IMG/VR virus record: IMGVR_UViG_3300014204_000110
DNA: 64,000 nt
Source of the DNA: a virus
Lineage: Duplodnaviria > Caudoviricetes
Reading direction: 5' to 3' (one strand)
The position numbers and the translations under genes were made by a program. The notes below the pieces were generated by a model. That model did not search any database, was not told the DNA's origin, and was given only the letters and a program-made list of their open reading frames with translations. Below, in pieces: positions 52,560-62,400 of the stretch (position 1 is its first letter; every line of letters starts with the position of its first letter).

Positions 52560-54396
52560 ATGGGCGCAAGTCCTGCTAATTACCAGAATACTGAAAGCGC
52601 AGTTGATGGTATTAAATCCACTTATAACGCTTCGGCAGGAACAGATATCGTCGCTACCATTGACGGTATCTTAATTGGAAATTTGAATGGTATAAGTTTC
52701 AGTACAACCCGTGAATAGCTTGCGGCCTTATATAGTAATATATATTGAATAACGCCATTAATTGCTGGAACATCCTTATAGGACAATCAGCAGCTACTTA
52801 ATTGTAGTTCAACGACTATCCCGAAAGGGAGTAGAGTTTAGTAAACTCGAAACATGGCGGTTCTTTGAAAGAACGTGATATAGTCTGAACTTACTGGTAA
52901 CAGTAAGAGAATGTATGGAAACGATACATTCGTAACATATTTGGAGAAAGCTCCGATTTATACACTGGGTAAATAACACTGCCCACTTTTAGAGTAATCT
53001 AATTGTAAAAACATTGGGTGAATTCGGTGAAGGTCTGAAAAGAATAATACCGAGCCAAGACCTTGGTACACTAAGGTAAGGTGTAGAGACTACTGGAGAG
53101 ATATAGTTCTCTTAATAACCAGTCCAGCGCCCAACATCCTTATAGGATGAAGAGATAGTCCAAAATAAAGAGTGTAGATGCCGTTTCATTCGGCAGAGGT
53201 AAGCGTAAGCAACATTGCGCTTGTAAAATTCTGTAAATTGCTGGGATAACCTTATAGGTCAATCAGCAGCCAAGCTTAAGTAGAAATACTTTTGAAGGTT
53301 CAGAGACTATTCCGAAAGGAAGTAGGGTCTAAGTAGACTCGAAAGACAGAATAGTTAGAAATAACTAATGATATAGTCCGATCTTTATGGTAACATAAAG
53401 AGAATATATGGAAACGATATATTCGTAACACAAATGGGTCATGCTGGTTCGTTAATCTCAAAGTAAAAGGGATCGTATGTTAGTAATAACATATTGCAAC
53501 TCGTCAAATTGCTGGAATCTCCTTAGAGTCTTAAATACTTAGAAATAAGTGACAATTTTAAGAATTGGACAATCAGCAACTAAATTCATAAGTAATTATG
53601 ATAAATGCTCAGAGACTAAATGGCGAGATCCTCTATCTAGAGGAATAAGATATAGTCCAGACTACAACCGAAAGGGCTTGAGAAATCAAGAGTAGTAAAG
53701 TTACGAACTTTGATAGACATGCATTATATGATATAATGCAAGGTACATTTCAGGACAGTAATGCAGGACCTGCAGATAGGTATAAATATTATGCTAAAAC
53801 TACAGATATTCCTGCTGGTGGACGAAGTTTACTTTTAGGTAAACAACATCTTGACGCATTAGGAGCACTTGGTTCACAAAAATCAATTGCAAACTATAGC
53901 GATCAACTTCCACCAATGACTATCACTTTAACTTCAATGAATGAGTATGGAAATGTTAGTGCAATGCACATACTTGGAGTTGAATTGATTAATGAGGGTT
54001 CTGGTGTGTCAATTGATGATATTGTGACAGAAACGCAGATGAACGGTTGTCTGCCTCAGTAGTAATACTGATGATAAAACATCACCATATGCGGGAATAA
54101 CCTTAGAGTCTTAAGTACCAAAGTGTAACAATCTTAAGAATTGGTCAATCCGCAGGAAAGACTCGAAAGAGAATCCTCAGAGACTTTATGTGATGCTCCT
54201 ACTTGTAGGATGAAGATAAAGTCCGATCTTAATAGAAATATTAAGCTAACACATTTGGACGTTTGTAGCTCGTGGTATTATCGGTTGGAAACCAATCTCT
54301 CAGAATGGTGGAAATGTGAATATTAAAGCAGATGTACTTGCTCAGATGAATAATCTTACAGCAGTACAACAGGCTCAATACAACGGGCTCAATTAG
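52560..54396 (+). CDS. Tail tube protein (238 aa) split by five group I introns; exons 52560-52712, 52944-52970, 53171-53206, 53437-53458, 53701-54040, 54258-54396
   Basis: AGGAGG RBS; joined exons total 717 nt in frame: ...SFSTTR|EKAPIYTLG|SVDAVSFGRGKR|GHAGSLIF|TNFDRHAL...DQLPP...ETQM|TFVARGI..., collinear with the paralogue at 54464 (THRRKAPVDVIG...GSMIFIVFDR...DQLPP...MSYIARDI); directly downstream of the sheath. Confidence 0.92.
52713..52943 (+). ncRNA. Group I intron 1 (231 nt, no ORF)
   Basis: 5' splice site after U with P1 CCGU/GCGG; AATTGCTGG / AATCAGCAG; P7 GACTA / TAGTC; terminal G. Confidence 0.9.
52971..53170 (+). ncRNA. Group I intron 2 (200 nt, no ORF)
   Basis: P1 UGGGU/GCCCA; P10 ACACU with AGUGU; P7 GAGACTA / GATAGTCC; terminal G. 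Confidence 0.9.
53207..53436 (+). ncRNA. Group I intron 3 (230 nt, no ORF)
   Basis: P1 AAGCGU/GCGCUU; AATTGCTGG / AATCAGCAGCC; TTCAGAGACTA / GATATAGTCC; terminal G. Confidence 0.9.
53459..53700 (+). ncRNA. Group I intron 4 (242 nt, no ORF; splits a Phe codon T|TT)
   Basis: P1 AUCU/GGAU; P10 GUAA with UUAC; CTCAGAGACTA / GATATAGTCC; terminal G. Confidence 0.88.
54041..54257 (+). ncRNA. Group I intron 5 (217 nt, no ORF; splits a Met codon AT|G)
   Basis: P1 GCAGAU/GUCUGC; ATGCGGG / AATCCGCAG; CTCAGAGACTT / GATAAAGTCC; terminal G. Confidence 0.88.
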
Positions 54397-54429
54397 CACA
54401 GAGTTTACCATTTAACGCTTAAAAAATTG

Positions 54430-54450
54430 GGAGGGTTCATGTAACCCTCC
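54430..54450 (+). terminator. Hairpin after the tail tube gene
   Basis: GGAGGGTT-CATGT-AACCCTCC. Confidence 0.5.
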
Positions 54451-54463
54451 TTATACTATCTAT

Positions 54464-55498
54464 ATGGCAACGTTTTTCGATAAAATTAAAAATAATATAT
54501 TTACTCAAGTAGAGGAAAATGTCTCTGCTAATAGTCAGCCATATTTGGGTGGATCGCTTGGTCCAGCAGAAGTTAATCCATTTGCTGAAGATCCAGTAGT
54601 AGATTTTTCTAAGAGTAATACATCATATAGTGGTAGTGATTGTACTGTTATGGTACAATTGAATAATAAACTTATTGTCTTAGGTAATCTAGAGACATTC
54701 TCACATTCTACGCATCGACGAAAAGCACCAGTAGACGTAATTGGACGATCTCACGCAAAAGGTTTTGTTAGTGGAAGTCGTGTTGTAGCAGGAAGTATGA
54801 TATTTATTGTATTTGATAGATCTCCATTGTATGATGTTGTTAAAGAAATTAATTACGTTAGAAATGCTTCTGATAGACGTACATCACCATTACCTGATCA
54901 ACTTCCACCATTAGATTTAATATTACTATTTCATAATGAATATGGACATAGAAGTTTAACTAGAGTCTATGGGGTAGAATTTGTTGATGAGGGTCAGGTT
55001 CATAGTATTAATGATCTTTATACGGAATGTACAATGAGTTACATTGCTCGTGATATTGATCAGATGATTGCTTATGATGAACTTAGTGATTTTAAAAATA
55101 TGTTATTTGAACGTCAGGTTCGAGGACAATTTGTAGATAATAAATTTACTGGATTACTTGAATATAAAGCAAGAGTTGAAAGAGAACTTTCTGATTGTGA
55201 AAAAGTAATTTCTGGTATTGATATGGAAACAGATAGACGTGCTGTTGCTGGAGTTTTTACATTAAGTGCTTCATATTGGTTATCTAGACTATCTTATGGA
55301 AAAGATTATGTAACACGCGAAGAACTTAATAAAGAAAAAACAAAACAACTTAAAATAAAAGAATATCTACTTACTGAACTTGAAAAGATTAATCAACAAG
55401 TTAGAATTTATGAACAGAACGTTAATGTTGGTTTTAATGCTCAACACACTGATGCTGGTAATGTACAATTTGATTACTTATCTCATGCGAGTAAATAA
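54464..55498 (+). CDS. Tail tube paralogue (tube initiator/baseplate-proximal) with coiled-coil extension
   Basis: SYSGSD...RKAP...GSMIF.VFDR...DQLPP...NEYG...GVEF..EG...YIARD. Confidence 0.75.
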   Translation: MATFFDKIKNNIFTQVEENVSANSQPYLGGSLGPAEVNPFAEDPVVDFSKSNTSYSGSDCTVMVQLNNKLIVLGNLETFSHSTHRRKAPVDVIGRSHAKGFVSGSRVVAGSMIFIVFDRSPLYDVVKEINYVRNASDRRTSPLPDQLPPLDLILLFHNEYGHRSLTRVYGVEFVDEGQVHSINDLYTECTMSYIARDIDQMIAYDELSDFKNMLFERQVRGQFVDNKFTGLLEYKARVERELSDCEKVISGIDMETDRRAVAGVFTLSASYWLSRLSYGKDYVTREELNKEKTKQLKIKEYLLTELEKINQQVRIYEQNVNVGFNAQHTDAGNVQFDYLSHASK

Positions 55499-57408
55499 TG
55501 TGGCCATTTAAAAAATCCGAAAATGATATACTTCAACAGGATTTAAAATCTAAAGAAAATAATATAAAACTTCAACAGAATGCAAGTTTTATAGGAAGTT
55601 CTAATGATCCTTTTTCTACTCCTACACGAGATAATTATCAAACTTATCCTTATGATTATTATTCATCCTCTGATTGTAAAATATTTCTAGGAGATATCTG
55701 GTGTGATGATATTGTTTCAATACAATATAATTGTTCTCAATCTAAAACTCCAATATATGGATATGCTTCACAAAACTTTGATGCTATAGCTAAAGGTCAG
55801 ATACTTGTACAAGGAACATTAGCAATCGCATTTAAAGAAGTTGGGTATTTAAATGTTATTCAAGCAACGTTAGAAGCTCAACGAAGAAATTCATCTGAAG
55901 TAATATCAAGTAAAATTAAATCTTATCAAACTGAAGCAAAAGATGGAACTGCTAAATTTATACCAAGACTTAATACAATTGGAGAACAATCAGTAGATTC
56001 TCAAGTATCTTTTCAGTATTCTCCAAATGGAAGTCCTCAGATAATAAGACAACAACAAACTATTGAACAGATATTAACAAGTAAAAAAGGTAATATTGCT
56101 AGTTCTGGAGTTGCTAAAGAACTTGGATTAGGCCCAAGTGATAATAGAGATTTTGAAGATTTTGCTGAAGTACTTGAAGATAGTATCTGGGGTGATAGTA
56201 ATGGACAAGCAATTAATCTTGTAGATAAACTTAAAAGAGTCGATGAATTTGATTATAATTCAAATGGTGGTATTACTACTGCTAAAGGTAGACAGTATTC
56301 TGATGTTTTAAATATTATGCTTACGTTTGGTGACATTAATGATTATCGAGCTGAACATACAATGATTGTTATAAATGATGTTCATTTTACATCTAGTTCA
56401 CTTATTGTTAACACTGATGGAAATCCTATATTTGAAGAATATACTTTTATAGCTAGAGATATTAATGATAGCATCACTGGTAAGTCTATAAACGTTTCTC
56501 CTATTAAACTTAATGTTGGAATTGATAATTTAAAACTGTCTACATTAGAAAACGTTAATGAAATTGAAAAGTTTTTAAATGAAAGAGATTCAAATAGTCA
56601 GGTAACAATTAATTTCTTATCTGCTTATAATGGCACTTGGAATGTTTATAATGGTCAGATTATTGCTACTTTTATATCTAATAAAACTGAACCTTTTACT
56701 GATCAAGTTTGTAAGTTTGCTGAAAACATTGTTAATGAAATTTATTATCCAGAAATTGTAAATACAAGTTACTCTCAATATATTATAGAACTTGATATGA
56801 CTGATAATAAACTTACAATGATACTTGAACAAGTTACTGCAAATACTCGTAGTTATAGAGTAATATCTCCTACTCGAAGTGGGTTTGCTGCGGTTAATAT
56901 TATTTCTAGAGATGATTTATTTCAAGGATCAAGTCTTCCTGAACCAATACAAGACCGACCAATATCTAATACACTAACTCAAAAGAAACAAGCAAGTATA
57001 AATGAAAGTACTAAAGTTAAAGAAGTTCAAGTAACATCATCGTATGATATAGAACGTCCATTTCAAGAAGATAGATTAAATATAATTAATGCTAATTTAA
57101 AAGAAACTAGATTTGATAGTGTAGCAGGATCACAGGTTTCTGATGATATTAAAGCTAGACTAGGTGATCAGGATGCAAGACTTAGACAACAAAATAAAGA
57201 ATCTGATCTTGAAAAACAACGTAGAGTTTCACAAGAAATGCAAGATGAACGAAATTTAAAATTAGAAATAGATCATCTAGAACAAAAAGTTAATATACAA
57301 TTACCTTGGTATGATGTTATTAATCCTGGTATAATTTCTGAACGAAATAAAGAGAAAAAAGAATTAAAAGAAGCTAAATTAAAATATTATAAAGATATTG
57401 GAAATTAA
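55498..57408 (+). CDS. Second tube-fold-containing tail/baseplate protein
   Basis: YYSSSD...SKTPIYGY...VQGTL...EEYTFIARD. Confidence 0.65.
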   Translation: MWPFKKSENDILQQDLKSKENNIKLQQNASFIGSSNDPFSTPTRDNYQTYPYDYYSSSDCKIFLGDIWCDDIVSIQYNCSQSKTPIYGYASQNFDAIAKGQILVQGTLAIAFKEVGYLNVIQATLEAQRRNSSEVISSKIKSYQTEAKDGTAKFIPRLNTIGEQSVDSQVSFQYSPNGSPQIIRQQQTIEQILTSKKGNIASSGVAKELGLGPSDNRDFEDFAEVLEDSIWGDSNGQAINLVDKLKRVDEFDYNSNGGITTAKGRQYSDVLNIMLTFGDINDYRAEHTMIVINDVHFTSSSLIVNTDGNPIFEEYTFIARDINDSITGKSINVSPIKLNVGIDNLKLSTLENVNEIEKFLNERDSNSQVTINFLSAYNGTWNVYNGQIIATFISNKTEPFTDQVCKFAENIVNEIYYPEIVNTSYSQYIIELDMTDNKLTMILEQVTANTRSYRVISPTRSGFAAVNIISRDDLFQGSSLPEPIQDRPISNTLTQKKQASINESTKVKEVQVTSSYDIERPFQEDRLNIINANLKETRFDSVAGSQVSDDIKARLGDQDARLRQQNKESDLEKQRRVSQEMQDERNLKLEIDHLEQKVNIQLPWYDVINPGIISERNKEKKELKEAKLKYYKDIGN

Positions 57409-57445
57409 TATAAACTATACTAAAAGTAGATAAATATTTAAACTA

Positions 57446-57474
57446 TTGACTAAATGTTTTAAAATAAGTATATT
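57446..57474 (+). promoter_or_regulatory. Sigma70-type promoter inside the tail module
   Basis: TTGACT-N17-TATATT, 7 nt before the ATG. Confidence 0.7.
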
Positions 57475-57481
57475 ATAACTT

Positions 57482-58475
57482 ATGTCTCATAATACTAATT
57501 TATGTAAAATTAATGTTGATAAAAATATAAGTAAAATAGTACAATTTTTCTTAGATAAAACAACATATGAAATTATACCATTTGCGTCATGTGAGGGAGA
57601 TTCTACTGCATATATATCAGTTATTGTTAGATCAAATGAAGCATTTTTAATTATATTAAATCTATTATTTTATGAAATATATTTTAAATTTGAAAGAGAA
57701 AACACACATGATTGTATTTCTTATACAATACGTTGGGATAATAAAGATACAAATAAAATTATAGAAAATATTAAAAATTGTGAATGGTTAGAGTTTAATA
57801 GTAAAATACAACAAGAAATAACAAGTTTAATATATAATGATAAACAACAGTATGGTATGATTCAAGATGATAGTATTAAAAAAATAATAAGTACAATTTC
57901 AACAATATAGGAAAAGTATGACAAAACAAGAAGTTTTAGATAATTTTCATAATTCTATAATTAAATTTTGGTCACCATTTAAAGAAATAGATAAACAATA
58001 TATTCCATATTTATCAAAAAATAAATATGGAAGAGATGTTATATATATAAAAACACCTAACTGTAATAATGATTGGATATTTGCTATTTTTGATGCAATA
58101 AAAGAAATATCTAATATAAATGAAGATGTATGGATTTGTTTTTGTGATATTTGTATTAAAAAAGATCATTTAACAATTTTTTTAGCATCTGGGATAGAAG
58201 ATATAAATAAAAAAGATAATGATAACGTTTTAGAATTAAATACTAATTCACTTAGGTTAATTAATCCATTTGCTGGATTATTTATAGATTTAAATTTGAA
58301 TTTAGAAATAAATGAACTTATAAAAATTATTATAGATAAATTAGATTCTGTTGGTGATTATGAACAATTAGGTTTTGAATTTCCAAGTAATAATCAAATG
58401 AATGTTAGGTGGAAATATAATAATGAGCGTTATGGATTTGGTATATCTTTTAAAGATAATATCTTAAATAATTAA
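57482..58475 (+). CDS. Two very AT-rich hypothetical proteins (57482-57910, 57918-58475), moron-like
   Basis: Own promoter; composition differs from flanking structural genes. Confidence 0.6.
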
Positions 58476-58484
58476 AATTATAAA

Positions 58485-59410
58485 TTGAGGAGAGATTTTA
58501 TGGAAGAAAAAATTGTAGAATGGAAAAAATTATATACTTTTGTATATAAAACTACTGTTGCTGGAGTTGATTACTTTTTTAAGACTTTAACCAGAGATGA
58601 TTACGCAGATATTCTAACAATACAGGCGTCTACTAGAGATCCTAGAGCGTTTGATCACGATCTTGAAGTTTGCAAAAAATGTATTCTTTCAGATTATGAT
58701 GAAGTTGTAATATCTAAAAAAGCTGGTATTGCTGTTGTTATTGCTGAAAAAATAATGTTATATTCTGGATTTGAAGCCGCTGATGTGACAGAGTTGTAAG
58801 TAATTAAATATATAATTATATTGGAGCTTGGGACCTTTAATGGCTCCAAGCTCTTTTTATTTAAAGGAAATATATGACCCGACAAACTAAACTTTATAAA
58901 ATATCAGCAATGGTAAATAAAACTAAACAAAATATATTTTATAGAGATCTTACTGCTAATGAATATACTTTTATAAATAATATTAAAAATTTAGCAATAA
59001 AAGAAGATATCGCAGGTAGAACAGCTATATATAATTACGATCCAGATAAACTTTCATTAGGTGTAAGAATTCAAATTGGCCGTGACGCGTTATCTAGAGT
59101 AGATAATATTTTAAGTTCAAAACAAATATTTGAAATAACTATTTCTGAGTTTAGAGCAAGTATTAAATCTGATGATTTTATGTTACTTATTAAACAAATA
59201 TTATCATGTCTTCCTGGACAATCATATATCGATCTACTTAATTTAACTCTTAAAGATCTTATTGAATTGGCTTGTTTATGTGAACTTTTAATTGGAAAAC
59301 CATTATTTGATAGTGGTAAAAAAGGTGGACTTGTTAATCCTAAAAATTTAGAAGATAATGGTAAAAGTCTTCAAGATAAAATGAATAAATTACATGGAGT
59401 TACAAAATAA
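58485..59410 (+). CDS. Probable tail assembly chaperones (58500-58799, 58874-59410)
   Basis: Position before the tape-measure-like gene; FFKTLTRDDY...IAEKIMLYSGF and FYRDLTANEY patterns. Confidence 0.55.
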
Positions 59411-62400
59411 TGGATTACTCTCCAGACGATCAAAATAGATATTATGATCCGCAGCAAAACACTAAGTCTGATGTAGATGTAGGTACTCTTGCTAGGCAAA
59501 TTGTATTACCAATGGTTGCTGATGTTGCAGGATTACTTGTAGCAAAATATGTTACACATACTTCTATTTCTAAACTTAAGTCTTGGAGAACTTCACAAAA
59601 TAGTTTTAAAAATTCTTTATCTAATTCAATTTTTAGTAAAACAGAGAGTTTTAATAAAAAGATACAACCATTTAAAAAATCTATAACAGAAAATCCATTA
59701 TATAAATCTGTTGTAAAATCTGGTCAAGAAAGAGAAGCTTTATTATCTAATCTTAAAGGAACGTCTAGATATAATACTACGAGAGTTTCTTCAGTTTTTA
59801 AAAATCCAAAAACATTAGCATACTCAGCTGCAAAAGTTTGGAAAGAAAATGTATGGTCTGGGATGGCTGCTCAATATGCTATTGATCATATGTTAGGTGT
59901 TAATGAACAATGGGGATTAGAGAAGAAATCAGTATATGATATTCCTGGTCAAGCAGTTAATTTTGGTAAATGGCTTGGAGCATCTACTGTATTTGGACTT
60001 GGTTTTGGAGGTGCTGGTCCTCTTGTTAAAGCAATGGGAAGTACTGGCTTAAAAGCTACTCAAAAAGTATTTGGTGGTGAATTTGGTAAAAAGGTTTTAG
60101 ACACTTTATCAATGAGACCTTTAGGTGTTCCTAAAGATTATAAATATACTTCAAGTAGTGATATTTCAGTTTTTAATAAACATGTTATTTCTGATCTTAG
60201 AAGTAATGAACAACAAAAATTTGCTGCTAATGCTGTACGAAATAAATTATCATTTGGATCAAATGTTGGAGAAGCATTTAGAAATGTTCAAAATTCTTTA
60301 TATGTAGCTTCTGATACTTTTAAAGGTGGATGGCAAAGTAGTGGAGTTAATGTAGGTTCTAGAACACGACAAGCTTTAGGTGTATTAGAAACTTCTCTTA
60401 AAAATGTTCGTGAGATATTAATCAAGCCAAGAGAAAAACTTACTTCTACTATATCACATCCTGGAATTCAAGCAATAAATTTTCTTACAGAAATATCTAA
60501 AAATAAGAATACAAAAATAGATACTGGATCTACTGAATTTGCTAATTTCATGACTCAAGTTTCTAAAGATTCTTATAAAGAAACTGCTGTTGGTAGAATA
60601 TTTAAATTTTTAAAACCTTTACAAAATAAAGATGTTGTTAGTAATGAATGGATAAAAAATACTTATGGAAATTTAAGTGATAGATTTGCTGATACTTCTA
60701 CTGCTAAAACTCTTATGAGAAATGTTCTTAATATGAGAGTTGGTCAGAATATTTATAGAGATTGGCGTGGAAGTAATATTAAAGGTGCTGGTGTTGATCT
60801 TGGTGCTTTTGATCCAATTCTTAGTATGCGAAGAACAGCATCAAAGATACTTAATCATCAATTTAATTTACCACTTACTAAACTTGGAATGAGTCTTGGA
60901 GATATTACTGGTATAAATACATATTTATCAGAAGCTCCTTCATTTGAGTTTTTTAAACAACCTCCAGAGTTTAAATATAAAAATCATGGATCTATTGGTG
61001 ATCTTGCTGATAATAAATCCAATGCAATGTTTGCATATAACAATGGTAAATGGGCAGTAATAAATAACAATACAGTAAGAATAGTTGATGATAGTGGACA
61101 TCGATTACGATATGCATCTAAATCAGGAAAAGATAAAGCGTTTGAATTAAAAACTATTGGTGTTAATAGAATGAGAGATGCGTTAAATAAAGAAGATCCT
61201 TTAACTGCAGCTCTTAGATATAATCAAATTAAAGAACGTGTTGATTATCAAGATGCTCCAACTAATCCATTTTTACATTATCTAGATCGACGTAATATTG
61301 GACTTCCTACAAAGTTAAAAGAATATGCTCAAATAATAACTGATAAATTTCAAGATAAAGAAGTTTATAAACAATATGTGTCTGATTTCTTTACTGCTCC
61401 ATCAATACTTAATGCAAGAGCATTGCCTATAATTGGAAATATATATGAACGAACTTCTCAGACATTTTCTAGAGTATTACAAAATAAAAATGCTCATCAA
61501 ATAATAGCACATTATGTACATAATAAAGAACTTAAAGATGACTTTGCTGGAATTGCTTATTCTGATCAAAAGATGATAGATATTTTAGATCGATCTGAAT
61601 TTAAAGCAGATAGACATATATTTGATAATGATTTTCATCGATCTGTAAAAGAACTTAGAGCTTATCCTCAAAAAGCAAAAGATCATGCAAGTACAAAACG
61701 TTTAGGTCCATTTTCTGATATGACATCTAGTGATGTTGTAAGAAAAGATCTAATAGAAGATATTTTTAATAGAGATTTTATTGGTGCTCCTGCTGGACAT
61801 GCGCATCCTCTTATTGGTGCCGCTGATGATTTATTTACAGCAAGAATAATTAATGATAAAGAAAGAAAATATCTTAAACTTCATGCAAAGTTATCTGTAT
61901 TTAAAGATGAAGGACTTATAAAAGGTTCTGATCATCATGCAGATTATTGGCCAAGTATTGTTAAGAATATTAATGATCGATCAAAGAAAAATAACTGGGA
62001 TATTTTAAATGAAATAACAGATTTTATTTCTAATGAAGATATACGTCGACCAAGTATTCGATTATCACAAAATCAAATTATTCCAAAAGATTGGGGTAAT
62101 TTAAGTGATGCTAAATTATTTCCTAAAGATATTAATCCATATACATCAATACCAGATAATGGTATAGTAATATTTAAAGATATAATAACTAAGTCTACTG
62201 ATTCAGTTACTACAATGATGGGTGAATGGTTACCATATAAAAAGAGATATTTACAACATCATGGATTTACTGGAAGTGCTAAATATATTGGAGGTATTTT
62301 AGGAACTTCAGCAGCAGTATTTGGAGCTTATAGAATAACAGATACTCTTGTTGCTACTAATCCATTATTTGATGACACTTTACTTGGAGATGGTCTTACA

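Noticed and set aside
53736-54062. 108-aa ORF and 54141-54326 ORF as independent genes
   Set aside because: The first is most of exon 5 of the tube gene reading into intron 5; the second is an out-of-frame artefact spanning intron 5 and exon 6.
58485-59410. Programmed frameshift between the tail chaperones
   Set aside because: No slippery heptamer near the end of the first ORF; the ORFs are separated by a terminator-like hairpin (~58824-58858) and the second has its own RBS.
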